A DNA stretch of 64,000 nucleotides from Candidatus Anstonella stagnisolia (GCA_902384585.1 CABMCJ010000002.1:15062-79061); one strand, 5' to 3'; positions 9,200 to 18,337 are shown, numbered from the stretch's first letter. Numbers and translations are program-made. Notes: generated from the sequence alone by a model not told the origin.

Positions 9200-10321
9200 T
9201 TAAGCCTTCCCTGCAAAAAGCGCTTGTGCTATGTTTTGGGGGCTTTGCCTTAATATTGCTTGTGCTTGTTGCATCCATTTTTGCTCCTGCCCAAAGTTCT
9301 CCCATTCTGCCTCGAGCTCCTCCTGGGGGACAAAAAGGTCCTTTTCCCCAAGAGATGCGACGCGCTTGAGTTGGGAATCTATGGGTTCCCCAAAGCCTGT
9401 CTGCAAATGGTATTGGGCAGCCGCCCTGAATTTTTCAAGTGCTGCCTCTGCTGCTGTGTGCGAGCACATTGACTCTGGGTCGAAATTGGCTATCTTTACA
9501 AGGGTGTGCCTGCCATTTATGAGTTTTGGGATGCGCCCGCACAGCCTGAAATAAGAGTAGCTTTCCACAATTGCGGATTTTGCATATAGTATATAGTGGT
9601 CCACAAGCTTGGAGGTTGAATTGGAAGGGACCGTGTTGTGCATTGTAAGGGGTATTTCGGATGGGAGGGTGCTTTCATCCATGAACTTGAGGGTTGGGAA
9701 GGAATGCCTGCAGCAAAACTCATAGAAATGGTCATCAACGGGGTATTTTGTGGGGAAAAATGCCTGTTTTGCCTTTAGGGAAGCGTTTATGCCCAAAAAC
9801 CCGCCAATTAAGCTCCGCAGGGAGGAGGGAGGGGAATGCGTGCGCACCACCCCGCGCAGCATAAGGTCTGCAACTGGGGCGAAATCCGCATCATTTGAAT
9901 GCTCAAGCAAATGGTCAAAGAAATGCACTAGCATGTAAATGCCGTTTCCTATGCTGCCAATGCATGCGCCCTGCACAAGTGCGTATTTTGAAAAAGATGA
10001 GGAGAACTTGCTTTCACAGCCCTTTTGCGGCTGCACATCATCGTCAAGAAGCACAAGGGGCGCATCCCCAAGGGACATGCTTGCAAGCTGCATGAGGTTT
10101 CGGCAGTGCGCTATTGAGAACTGCAGTTTGGGCTCTTCGTACTTGAAAAGTTCGTTTGCCTCTTCTGCGCAAAAAGCCTGCACCCCCATTTCGCGCACCT
10201 TTTGGAGGCCTTTTTGCTGGCAGCATGCGAAAATATTGCTTTGGCTAAATTCGGACTTTATGCCCGGAAGGTATTGGGCAAGCACGTCTGGGCGCCATGC
10301 GAGAATTGAAACATTTGGCAT
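9200..10321 (-). CDS. Hypothetical cytoplasmic protein, possibly a divergent GT-A fold glycosyltransferase
   Basis: MPNVSILAWRPD...AHCRNLMQLASMSLGDAPLVLLDDDV resembles the N-terminal strand, Asn and DxD (DDD) region of GT2-like enzymes. The rest is not recognisable. It lies inside the surface-protein cluster. Confidence 0.35.
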   Translation of the reverse strand: MPNVSILAWRPDVLAQYLPGIKSEFSQSNIFACCQQKGLQKVREMGVQAFCAEEANELFKYEEPKLQFSIAHCRNLMQLASMSLGDAPLVLLDDDVQPQKGCESKFSSSFSKYALVQGACIGSIGNGIYMLVHFFDHLLEHSNDADFAPVADLMLRGVVRTHSPPSSLRSLIGGFLGINASLKAKQAFFPTKYPVDDHFYEFCCRHSFPTLKFMDESTLPSEIPLTMHNTVPSNSTSKLVDHYILYAKSAIVESYSYFRLCGRIPKLINGRHTLVKIANFDPESMCSHTAAEAALEKFRAAAQYHLQTGFGEPIDSQLKRVASLGEKDLFVPQEELEAEWENFGQEQKWMQQAQAILRQSPQNIAQALFAGKA

Positions 10322-10379
10322 GGGTGGGATTCGCAGATGAAGAATATAAAATAAGCAGGGATTTGGGGCAGGCAGGGAT

Positions 10380-11933
10380 TCAAAGGCTTGCCCGGTTGCC
10401 CTTTCTTATGAAGAGGAAATATGCTGCAACAAGTGCAGTAAGGGCTAGTGCGCCCGCACCCAAAAGAAGGGGAGTGTTTGAAAGGATGCCTTGCACATCT
10501 GGGAATGCGCTTTGCTGTGCGCTTGAATTGCCTTGCGCTGCAATTGCGTTTGGCTGCGCGCTTGGATTTTCTGGTGAGGCTGTTGAGTTTGCCGCGCTTG
10601 AATTGTTTTGGGATGCGCCTGCATTTGTCGCATTTGATTTTTCTTTTGCTTTCATTATTGCTTCGGAAAGCATGGATGAATTGACAGGCACAATGGCGCT
10701 GTTTTGCAGCAGGGGCTTGGATGGAAGAAGGTAAATTGTTGTGCTGTTGAAATGCTTTATCCTGCTATAGCCCACCCAGCCGTCAGTGGAATACGTGAGC
10801 ACAAGCACCTGCCCGTCTTGGAGCGAATCAAATTCCCAGTATGCGTACCTGCCCTCAAGGGAAAGCGGGGGTATGCTGAAGCGGCTTGCATTCACAGTGG
10901 CTGAAAAATTCTCCGGTATGTACTCGCGCAGCCCAAAGCTGCTGAGGTTGCATTCGCCTATTGTATCAAGCTTCGTGGTCACTATGGAAGTTATGTTGCC
11001 CGACGTTATGAAATGCTGCGCGCGGATTTGGCAGCTTGAAACCCCGTTTTCCTGGGGGGAGAGCACGGAAAGCGCGGGCGGGAACGCCGCCATTATAAGG
11101 GGGCTGCTGCGCGGAAGGCTGTTTGCAAATTTTTCCATTGCCCCTGCGTGCGCAGAAAGCGCTTCGTAGGATTGGAGCGAGAGGGATGCATGTTCAAGGG
11201 AATCGCTTGCCCTGCTCATTGCAACCAGGTCAAAGCCCTGCGAGGGGCATATCCAGTTCACAATCACGCTATTCTCAAGCTCGTTTGCAATCCTGCTTGC
11301 GTTCCAAAACGCGCGCAAATACGCCGAAAAAGTCTGGTTGTTTGGGCTTGAAGAGGCGGCTGAATACGCTGCCTGCTCGGCTGCAATTGCACTGCCCATG
11401 TATGCAGTGTTGTTTGTGTATGCCCAGATTTCATCTATAAAGGATTTGCCCGAGCCCAGCGCAATCGGATAGCAGTATGAAGTAACAGAATAGCAGGCAA
11501 ACCTGCAATCCTCGTAGTTGTCGCACGCATGCGTATCAGTGCCTGTTATGCGCCGGCAATCAGCCACGCCCTGCCCTGCGGCGGCAGACTGGAACTGCAA
11601 TATTGATGCATGCCCCTGCGAGAGCGCGGAAAGGGCTTGTCCCTGCGCGTCCCCTAGATTATAATATGCAAGAAGCACGGGCAGGATTTGTGCCTGCGTG
11701 CGAAGCAGCGGAATTTTCTGCCCCTGAAGGGAGAATATTGCGATAGGGGTTTGGTTTGAGAAAAGCAGGTAATATTGCGAGCCGTTGAGGAGCGCCTGGG
11801 AATAGGAAAGGTTTTCAAGGGAAGAAAATGCGCTGCTTTGCCCTGCAAGAAGGGACTCAAAATTCACTGCGGCAGCCATGCTGCAGGCAAGAAAAAATAT
11901 TGTGAGGATTTGGGATGGGCGCACAAAAACCAA
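10380..11933 (-). CDS. Secreted, C-terminally anchored protein, member 2 of the Cys-motif paralogue family
   Basis: TTG start with signal-like ILTIFFLACSMAAA. Cys module CRRITGTDTHACDNYEDCRFACYSVTSYC, Asn/Ser/Ala/Gln-rich stalk, and a C-terminal TM plus basic tail (LLLGAGALALTALVAAYFLFIRKGNR). Confidence 0.6.
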   Translation of the reverse strand: MVFVRPSQILTIFFLACSMAAAVNFESLLAGQSSAFSSLENLSYSQALLNGSQYYLLFSNQTPIAIFSLQGQKIPLLRTQAQILPVLLAYYNLGDAQGQALSALSQGHASILQFQSAAAGQGVADCRRITGTDTHACDNYEDCRFACYSVTSYCYPIALGSGKSFIDEIWAYTNNTAYMGSAIAAEQAAYSAASSSPNNQTFSAYLRAFWNASRIANELENSVIVNWICPSQGFDLVAMSRASDSLEHASLSLQSYEALSAHAGAMEKFANSLPRSSPLIMAAFPPALSVLSPQENGVSSCQIRAQHFITSGNITSIVTTKLDTIGECNLSSFGLREYIPENFSATVNASRFSIPPLSLEGRYAYWEFDSLQDGQVLVLTYSTDGWVGYSRIKHFNSTTIYLLPSKPLLQNSAIVPVNSSMLSEAIMKAKEKSNATNAGASQNNSSAANSTASPENPSAQPNAIAAQGNSSAQQSAFPDVQGILSNTPLLLGAGALALTALVAAYFLFIRKGNRASL

Positions 11934-12039
11934 CGGCTTTGAATTAAAAAAGAAACAATAAAAAGGGAGCGTTTGGGGGCATGTACGCTAGAGGCGCTCC
12001 GCTAAGTTAAATAAAAAGAAAAAAGAGAGACGGGCTTGT

Positions 12040-13686
12040 TTAGAGCCCTTTCTTGCCCTTCTTCTTGAAGAAGAGCAGGTATGCGACTGCAACAAGCACA
12101 ATGAGCACTATTGCGCCTGCGCCCACAAGGAAGAGGGCTCCTCCAAGCAATGGGGCTGGTGCGGATTGTGCCGCCGCTTGTGCTGCCTGTGCCGCCTGCT
12201 CTGCTGCAGTTGGCTGCTGCTTTGCAACCTTTGCAACTACCACTGTAGCTGCAGGCATTGAAAGCTCATAGCCGCGCACCGTGTAGGTGTGCGAGCCGCT
12301 TGCAAGAGCCACAAAGCGCGCATAGCCGGTTGCATCAGTCGTGTATTCAAGCTCGTTGCCAGCCGGGTCCTTCACAACTATTGCAGCGCCGCTTATTGGT
12401 GCGCCGTATTGGTCCTTGAGGACAAGCACCACTGTGTCGCCCGCAGTCACGCTTGCAGGCACTGTGAGCAATGCCTTGAGCTTTTCAAGCGGGGTTGTTG
12501 TTGGGGTTGTCGTGGGCGTTGTTGTCGGGGTCGTTGTTGGGGTTGTTGGCGTTATCGTCGTGGTGTTGGTTGAGGGTGCAACATAAGGTGCCGATGGGCC
12601 GCCTGAGCTGCTGCCGCCAGAGCCGCCAGAGCCGCCTGGGTGCGCGATTGCCGCTTCCTGGTATACTACGAACTGGCTGAAGTGCTTTGTCCAAATCACC
12701 AGGTCAGAGCCGGTGAAGATTACGCAGTCCTTGCCTGCGCCCAGTGCATCGCCCGTTGATTGCGAGTCATCTGCGCAGTTTGCAGTGATTGCAGTGAACG
12801 TTGTTCCCTGGTACCAGCCTACTGCGTATTTCAAGCCGCCGGAGAACACAAGCCTTATTCCCTTGCTTGAGGTGAGCGAGGTGCTGCCTGCGCCGATTTC
12901 AACCACCTTGAGTATGTTGCTCACTGTGTGGTCTGCACTCGGGGTCACTGTTACGCTCGTGGTTGCCTGCTCAACCGGGAGTGCAAAGTTGTTGTTCCAG
13001 CTTGTGCTGCCGCTTATTGCTGCGCCTGCCGGGATGCTTGCGAGGTAGCTGTATCCGCTCACGTTCCTTGTGAGGTTAAGCGAAGCATTCAGGGTTGCGC
13101 TTTGGGTTGAGCCGCTCGTTACGCTCAGCAGCGAGAGGTTCAGGTACACGGGTGTTGTCGCGGCAATTGAAGTGTTTGCCGTAACAAGCCTCACTGGAGA
13201 GCCTGCCGGGACAATTATTTGCGTTGTCACGTTGGTTGCAGTCATGGAGACGTTGTTCGCAACCGTCTGGTTCGTGTTTATTGCGAAATTGTTCACGGTC
13301 ACTATCAGGGTAAGGTTGCGCGCCGTGAAGTTCTGCGTCCCAAAGAATTTCAGGAAGTACGTGTGCGTGCCTACGGACAGGTTTGTAAGGTTTGTGAGGT
13401 AGGTCGCGTTTGCGCTCACGTTCGTGCCGTTTTCAGTGAGCTCAAAGTAGCGTGCGCCTTCAGCATATGCGCTGTCAGGCGGCTGGTTGCCCACGTATCC
13501 GGTAACGTTTGACTCTGTGACGTTGTTGAACGTCTTGTTTGCATACAGCCCGTCAACGATAAGGGTCATTGGCAACGTTGCCTTTGTTATGTTGAGATGG
13601 TAGGATATTATTCCTGCAGTGTAGTTGCGGGTTGCTGTGCTGTTGAATGTCACGTTGTACAAGCCCACTCCATACGTCATGTTCAC
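12040..13686 (-). CDS. C-terminal portion of a sequon-rich adhesin-like surface protein (PT linker, C-terminal TM anchor)
   Basis: Dense N-x-S/T sequons, GS- and PT-rich linkers, an Ig-like segment, and C-terminal LLGGALFLVGAGAIVLIVLVAVAYLLFFKKKGKKGL. There is no signal peptide at the GTG/ATG start, and the reading frame stays open upstream past the stop of ORF 13704-15476. Confidence 0.6.
   Translation of the reverse strand: MNMTYGVGLYNVTFNSTATRNYTAGIISYHLNITKATLPMTLIVDGLYANKTFNNVTESNVTGYVGNQPPDSAYAEGARYFELTENGTNVSANATYLTNLTNLSVGTHTYFLKFFGTQNFTARNLTLIVTVNNFAINTNQTVANNVSMTATNVTTQIIVPAGSPVRLVTANTSIAATTPVYLNLSLLSVTSGSTQSATLNASLNLTRNVSGYSYLASIPAGAAISGSTSWNNNFALPVEQATTSVTVTPSADHTVSNILKVVEIGAGSTSLTSSKGIRLVFSGGLKYAVGWYQGTTFTAITANCADDSQSTGDALGAGKDCVIFTGSDLVIWTKHFSQFVVYQEAAIAHPGGSGGSGGSSSGGPSAPYVAPSTNTTTITPTTPTTTPTTTPTTTPTTTPLEKLKALLTVPASVTAGDTVVLVLKDQYGAPISGAAIVVKDPAGNELEYTTDATGYARFVALASGSHTYTVRGYELSMPAATVVVAKVAKQQPTAAEQAAQAAQAAAQSAPAPLLGGALFLVGAGAIVLIVLVAVAYLLFFKKKGKKGL
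12490..12573 (-). repeat. In-frame tandem repeat (about 12-nt period) encoding a Pro/Thr linker
   Basis: The plus strand reads ggggttgttgttggggttgtcgtgggcgttgttgtcggggtcgttgttgggg..., encoding STNTTTITPTTPTTTPTTTPTTTPTTTP on the minus strand. Confidence 0.85.
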
Positions 13687-13703
13687 GATTGTGGAGTTTG
13701 CAA

Positions 13704-15476
13704 CTATTTCAGCAAGCTGCTGAACGTGCTGTTTGAGATGTTGAGCATGCAGTGCGTGCCCACGCTGCCTTCGCCGCTTGGGCAGCCCGTGCCGGTTATG
13801 TTGGTGAGGTCAGTGTAGGTGATTGTGAAGCCGGCGGAACTTGTGATGTTAAGCGTCGGGGTTCCAATGTGCACGGTTACGTTTGTGAAGTTGCTCCCTG
13901 CTGTGTAGTTCTGCGTTGCATTCATTGTCATGTTGTAGATGTACCAGCCTGGAACAAGGAGCTTGGATGCGCCGTTTGCGATGGAAGAGGCATTGTAGGC
14001 GCTTGCATTTTCGTCCGTGCTGTTCCTGGTGATGTTGAATATCCTGTCAAAGTCACCGTTTGTGCATGCGAACGTTATGCTCACGTTTGTCGGGATTGTT
14101 ACGTTCGTGCTGCCCGTGAAGTTGCACGTGGTGGCTATTTTGGCAATGGTGAAATACGCCGCTGCGGTATAGTTCACATTGCCCACTGTGTCATTTGCAT
14201 AGAAGGTGTACGTGTAATTGCCTGCTGAAAGCGGGCCTATTGTCGCATTGTAGGTAGTCGTGCTGCCGTTTTGGGACAGAGAGTAGTTTGTGAATGCGGT
14301 TGTTGTTACTTCGGAGGAGTTCAGGTTCGTAGTCTGGTTTATGAGAACCCATACCTTGTCCACTCCGCTGTGCGAGTCATTGTAAACCACGCTGAATGAG
14401 AATGTCGCGGTCGTGGAGTAGTTATAGTTTATCGCGGTTGGCGCCACCTGCGTGCCGTTTGATGGGTTCAGGAAGTCCATCTTAACAAGGCGGTTGGCGC
14501 TTGTCTTGTTGTTAAGGCCGGCATCAAGGCAGAACACGCTCCAGTTGAGGGTGTCGCCTGTGCTGAATGCAGGGTCAAGGTTAACGCTCGTGAAGTTTGC
14601 AACCGAGTTGTTCGCCACGTTGGTGAGCGTGCTCAGTGCCGTACCGTTCACGTAAAGGGTGCAGTTCATGTTGGTCGGGGTCACGTTGTCCACAACCGTG
14701 AATGAGAAGGTAGAGGAATTCTTCACCCATGCGCTTGCAGAGGGCGAAACGAGCGTAACGCTGTTTGGCACGCTCCTGTCTGCAATGAAAGCAATGCTCG
14801 TGTGGTTGATGTTCATGTTGCCCGCAGTGCCGTTGCCGTTGTCAAAGCAGTAAAGCTCGGCAGTGTGGTTGCTTTCTGAAAGGCCCGCTGTTGAAAGCAC
14901 GAAGTTTGTAAGCGAATTGTTTGTTACCGAGGCGTTGTACGTTATCATTGTGGCGTTGTTGTCAAAGTAAACAGAGCAGTTTGTGGTGGTTGAAATGTTG
15001 TCCGTGACATTGAAGCTCAGGTTCCCATAGGAATTATTCAGGTTGGTAAACGTGCTTGTGATGATGTTTGGCTTGCCAGTGTCAAGATGGAGCTTGAATG
15101 GATATAAGGCGGAGATATTCGCAGTGGCGTTGGTACAATTTATGTTCCAGGTTAATGTTCCGTCAGCAATGGATGAGTTTGAGAATACTGCGGTGTTGAG
15201 GTAGGTCGCATTGCCAGCGAGGCTGATGTTTTCGGTCTTGTTCACGCCGTTTATCATGAGCGCGCAGGCGATTGTGTCGTTGAGCCCGCCGGTATAATTG
15301 TAGATGAATGCAATCGTATTGTTTGTCCCGTTCGACCACGTATCGTTGGCGGGTGCAACAAGGGTTATGTTTATGCTTGGCGCGGCAAACGCAGAGCCAG
15401 CAAATACGGCAAGAAGCGCAAGGAAGAAGAATGAAAGCCTGAATGAAGATATCGTCGTATTTGTGCTTGTTTGCAT
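13704..15476 (-). CDS. N-terminal portion of the sequon-rich adhesin-like surface protein (signal peptide, no anchor)
   Basis: Signal peptide (FRLSFFFLALLAVFAGSAFAAP). About 60 N-x-S/T sequons in 590 aa by my manual count. No C-terminal anchor. SD-like GAGGTGG lies 8 nt upstream of the ATG, and a TATA-like CTTTAAAAAG lies further upstream. Confidence 0.65.
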   Translation of the reverse strand: MQTSTNTTISSFRLSFFFLALLAVFAGSAFAAPSINITLVAPANDTWSNGTNNTIAFIYNYTGGLNDTIACALMINGVNKTENISLAGNATYLNTAVFSNSSIADGTLTWNINCTNATANISALYPFKLHLDTGKPNIITSTFTNLNNSYGNLSFNVTDNISTTTNCSVYFDNNATMITYNASVTNNSLTNFVLSTAGLSESNHTAELYCFDNGNGTAGNMNINHTSIAFIADRSVPNSVTLVSPSASAWVKNSSTFSFTVVDNVTPTNMNCTLYVNGTALSTLTNVANNSVANFTSVNLDPAFSTGDTLNWSVFCLDAGLNNKTSANRLVKMDFLNPSNGTQVAPTAINYNYSTTATFSFSVVYNDSHSGVDKVWVLINQTTNLNSSEVTTTAFTNYSLSQNGSTTTYNATIGPLSAGNYTYTFYANDTVGNVNYTAAAYFTIAKIATTCNFTGSTNVTIPTNVSITFACTNGDFDRIFNITRNSTDENASAYNASSIANGASKLLVPGWYIYNMTMNATQNYTAGSNFTNVTVHIGTPTLNITSSAGFTITYTDLTNITGTGCPSGEGSVGTHCMLNISNSTFSSLLK

Positions 15477-15600
15477 GCCAAAACCACCTCAATGGTAAAT
15501 ATTTCATGAGAAATATGGGTGGAATACGGGTATTATCTTTTTAAAGATATGCCCATGCTGGAATTGCCCATACGCCGACGATTTTCCGTTTTGTAAAGCG

Positions 15601-16743
15601 CTATTGCTCCCAGTGCACAAATTTCCCCTTTTGCTTTTCTATTGCATCGAGGATGAGCTGCGCCGCGTTGCCTTCGCCAAAAGGGTTTTTAGAAGAGGAC
15701 AGTTTGGGATGGTTTTTCTCCGCGCATTCGACTGCATCTAGTATTGAGCGCGCGTCCTTGGGGGGAGCAAGGAGGTTGCAGCCTGCGGACACGCTCTCTG
15801 GGCGGTCAGTAACATAACGGATGCTTATGCAGGGGACGTGCAGGGCGGCGGCTTCCTCCTGCATTGAGCCTGAATCAGTGAGGATAAGGCGGCATTTTTG
15901 CATGAGATGCACTATGTGGGAATAAGATGGGATTTCCTCGATGGGGTGCAGGTTGGGGTGCTTTTTTATCACTTTTTCAAGCCCGCATTCCCTTATCGCA
16001 ACTTTTGTGCCTGGGCGGATGGACCATACTACGCAGTATCCCTTTTTCGAAAGGGAAAATGCAGCGTTTGCCGCTGCAGTGAAGCGCTCTTTGCTCATTG
16101 TTGTTTCACGCCGGTGCATGGAAAAATAAATTGTGGGGAGGGAAAAATCCACCCCGTGTGAAGCGAAAAAGGAAAGCGCATCCTTGTTTGGCTTTTTTGC
16201 AGCCCAGAGCGCAGTGTCGACAGAAGTGTTTCCGGTAACGAAAATGCGCCCTTTTGGGAATCCCTCTTTGAGCAGGTTCTTTTTGTTAAGGGAAGTTGGG
16301 GCAAAATGCAAATCCGAGGCTGCATCGCATGCGCGGCTGTCAAGCTGCTCTGGGTATGGCTCGCGGGAATTCGTGCGCAGGCCGGCCTCCACGTGCCCTA
16401 CCGGGACGAGGTTGAGGTATGCTGCAAGCGAGCCTGCGAGCGCAGTGAGCGTGTCGCCGTGCACGAGAAAGATGTCAAGCTTCTGCTTTTCGCGCAAAAG
16501 CAGGTCTATTGCAAGCATCATTTTCCCAACGCTCTCTGCAGGCGAGGCGCATTCGCCAATTTCAAGCTTGTGCGCAGGGGGAGGAAGCTCCATGCTTGCA
16601 TACGCGCCTGAAAAAAGGTGGTCGGAATAATGCTGCCCCGTGTGGATGAGGATTGCGTCGTGCCCGCGCCTCTTTGCCTCCCAGTAAAGCGGTGCCATCT
16701 TTATTATGTCAGGGCGCGTGCCGGTTAGAATGCCGATTTTCAT
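15601..16743 (-). CDS. wecB: UDP-N-acetylglucosamine 2-epimerase
   Basis: MKIGILTGTRPDIIKMAPLY...IHTGQHYS...VHGDTLTALAGSLAAYLNLVPVGHVEAGLRT matches the non-hydrolysing UDP-GlcNAc 2-epimerase family throughout. Confidence 0.9.
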   Translation of the reverse strand: MKIGILTGTRPDIIKMAPLYWEAKRRGHDAILIHTGQHYSDHLFSGAYASMELPPPAHKLEIGECASPAESVGKMMLAIDLLLREKQKLDIFLVHGDTLTALAGSLAAYLNLVPVGHVEAGLRTNSREPYPEQLDSRACDAASDLHFAPTSLNKKNLLKEGFPKGRIFVTGNTSVDTALWAAKKPNKDALSFFASHGVDFSLPTIYFSMHRRETTMSKERFTAAANAAFSLSKKGYCVVWSIRPGTKVAIRECGLEKVIKKHPNLHPIEEIPSYSHIVHLMQKCRLILTDSGSMQEEAAALHVPCISIRYVTDRPESVSAGCNLLAPPKDARSILDAVECAEKNHPKLSSSKNPFGEGNAAQLILDAIEKQKGKFVHWEQ

Positions 16744-16860
16744 AAGAACATCCGAAGTTCTATTATGCTATATAGATATAAGAGTGCGTGCATTCGCAAT
16801 GGCTTGCCCAAAATCGGATAATGTTCCGGCTCGTCCATGGGCGCGCTGCGTGGCACATTC

Positions 16861-16869
16861 TTATAAATA
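16861..16869 (+). promoter_or_regulatory. TATA box candidate for the tRNA-Tyr/tRNA-Asp unit
   Basis: TTATAAATA is centred about 29 nt upstream of the tRNA-Tyr 5' end (16894), the canonical archaeal spacing. Confidence 0.45.
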
Positions 16870-16893
16870 CTTTCAGCATATAAAATATTCCGC

Positions 16894-17005
16894 CCCGCCA
16901 TAACTCAACCTGGTAGAGTGCTTGGCTGTAGAAAGGTTAAATCGGCAGTCAGCGATTGTGCTGGCAGTCATCAAGATGTTGTGTGTTCAAATCACACTGG
17001 CGGGA
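16894..17005 (+). tRNA. tRNA-Tyr (GUA) with a 38-nt canonical (37/38) intron
   Basis: Hand-folded. Acceptor CCCGCCA/TGGCGGG with the archaeal Tyr C1:G72 pair, D arm ACTC/GAGT, anticodon stem CTTGG/TCAAG, loop CTGTAG|..A with GTA at 16928-16930, T arm GTGTG-TTCAAAT-CACAC, discriminator A. Intron at 16932-16969. No encoded CCA. Confidence 0.9.
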
Positions 17006-17042
17006 TTTTATTGCACTGGGCATACTGAAAAAACGGAAAAAC

Positions 17043-17114
17043 GCCTCGATGGTGTAGTGGTTAGCATCCCAGATTGTCGATCTGGTGACCCGGGTCCGAA
17101 TCCCGGTCGGGGCG
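17043..17114 (+). tRNA. tRNA-Asp (GUC)
   Basis: Acceptor GCCTCGA/TCGGGGC (one G-U pair), anticodon arm CCAGA-TTGTCGA-TCTGG, T arm CCGGG-TCCGAAT-CCCGG, discriminator G. The T-loop reads TCCGAAT, so position 55 is C rather than the near-universal U. Confidence 0.85.
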
Positions 17115-17141
17115 CTTTTTACTTTTATGTTGGTGGGGACT

Positions 17142-17831
17142 ATGGCAAACGGGCTTGAAGCAAACGGCACAATGGTGCTAGTGCCCGTGGGCAGGTATAT
17201 CCCCGGCAAATTCGTGCAGTCTTTTTCGCTTGTGTGCGCAGCAATAGAGGCAAGGATGCCGCTTGCAACATCTGTAAGCGACGCGCTGCCCCTTGAGAAG
17301 GCAAGGGAGGCGCTTCTTCGGGAAGCGCTCCTTATGCACCCGAAAGTATCGTACGCGCTCTGGCTTGATTCTGACATGCTTGCAGAACCCTCGCACATAA
17401 ATGCAATGCTGGATTATGCGCAGGCCCATCCCGAAGCGGACGTTGTGAGCGCGCTCTATTTCAACCGCCTCAGCCTCAAGCCCGTTGCATACAGGCAGCT
17501 TGAGCCCAATGGGAAAATAGGCACGCCCCTTGCGGAAATTGAGCCTGAGGGGAACGCGCCAGCAGGGGTGGACGCTGCCGGGATGGGGTGCATGCTCGTG
17601 CGCCTTCGCTCCATAAAGGAAAAAGTGCTTCCCCTTATGGAAAAAGAGGGGCGCAGGAAATTCTTCTGGTTTGAGCCTGACGGGCACAGCGAGGACGTGA
17701 ATTTCTGCCTTCTTATGCGCCGCGCGGGATTGAGGATAATGCTGCTGCAGGACGTTGTTGTGCCGCACTACGGGGCATCTGTAACGCGACTGGAATATGA
17801 GCAGGGGAAAAAGAAAGGGGAGCAGGATTAA
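17142..17831 (+). CDS. Glycosyltransferase (GT-A fold, DxD type)
   Basis: WLDSDM (DxD), GMGCMLVRLRS and SEDVNFCLLMRRAG are typical of GT2/GT-A enzymes. The start was trimmed to ATG 17142 because the track ORF (17085) begins inside tRNA-Asp. Confidence 0.6.
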   Translation: MANGLEANGTMVLVPVGRYIPGKFVQSFSLVCAAIEARMPLATSVSDALPLEKAREALLREALLMHPKVSYALWLDSDMLAEPSHINAMLDYAQAHPEADVVSALYFNRLSLKPVAYRQLEPNGKIGTPLAEIEPEGNAPAGVDAAGMGCMLVRLRSIKEKVLPLMEKEGRRKFFWFEPDGHSEDVNFCLLMRRAGLRIMLLQDVVVPHYGASVTRLEYEQGKKKGEQD

Positions 17832-18091
17832 TTTTTGTATATCCTGTTGTGATGGTCAAAGTCAAGGAAGCGCACTATTTTATTTTCCTCGTCAATCTTA
17901 AAAGTGAATACGAAAGGGTCGATGTGCACGCGCAAAACGCCTGCAAGTTCGTTGCCAAGGGGCTTGTAATGGTGGGGGTCTTGCAGTATTTCGTCTATTT
18001 TTCTGCACACCCTTTCAAAACGCAGGCTGTCTTTCTTGCGCAGCTTTTTCATTTTCCTTCTGAATGTGTCTGTGTCTGCAGGAGAGTACAT
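17828..18091 (-). CDS. relE: RelE/ParE-family type II toxin
   Basis: 87 aa. FRRKMKKLRKKD...IDEILQDPHHYKPLGNELAGVLRVHIDPFVFTFKIDEENKIVRFLDFDHHNRIY follows the RelE/StbE pattern. The start overlaps the upstream antitoxin stop by 1 nt (TAATG). Confidence 0.75.
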   Translation of the reverse strand: MYSPADTDTFRRKMKKLRKKDSLRFERVCRKIDEILQDPHHYKPLGNELAGVLRVHIDPFVFTFKIDEENKIVRFLDFDHHNRIYKN

Positions 18092-18327
18092 TAGCTATAC
18101 GCCTCTTTCATCTTTGCAAGGGATTTGTAAGCATTGCCTTTTTCCTTCATTATTTTTTGCAGTTTTTTTGCATATTCCGGGCGAAGCTGCGGTTCAAGCA
18201 CTTCTTTTGCATACTCGTTCACGATGAAATTCATTGCGTCGGACTTGTTCTTCAGGCCGAAGTATGCCTTGAGGATGTTGAGGTAGGTTGAATTTTTTTC
18301 TGTCAGGTTCACTATTGCTGAGGTCAT
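18091..18327 (-). CDS. Antitoxin (ribbon-helix-helix-like) of the RelE pair
   Basis: 78 aa, sitting immediately upstream of and overlapping relE. The N-terminus AIVNLTEKNSTYLNILKAYFGLKNKSDAMNFIVNEYA looks like strand-helix-helix, and the tail is Lys/Glu-rich. Confidence 0.6.
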   Translation of the reverse strand: MTSAIVNLTEKNSTYLNILKAYFGLKNKSDAMNFIVNEYAKEVLEPQLRPEYAKKLQKIMKEKGNAYKSLAKMKEAYS

Positions 18328-18337
18328 CTGCTCACCT

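Noticed and set aside
12490-12573. Short-period tandem repeat (ggggttgttgtt-like units) that could superficially suggest a repeat array.
   Set aside because: It has a 12-nt period, is in frame, and encodes a Pro/Thr linker inside a surface protein. It has no spacers and is not CRISPR-like.
16922-17158. ORFs that read through RNA genes. These are 16922-17158 (tRNA-Tyr/Asp), the 17085 start of the glycosyltransferase, 30233-30619 and 30334-30582 (C/D sRNA and tRNA-Val), the tail of 48382-48768 and 48790-48993 (tRNA-Asn), the 62609 start of the kinase (tRNA-Gly), and 63501-63869 (tRNA-Gly trailer).
   Set aside because: The underlying sequence folds into canonical tRNA cloverleaves or a C/D sRNA. 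Where a real gene follows, coding starts were moved to the first ATG downstream of the RNA gene.
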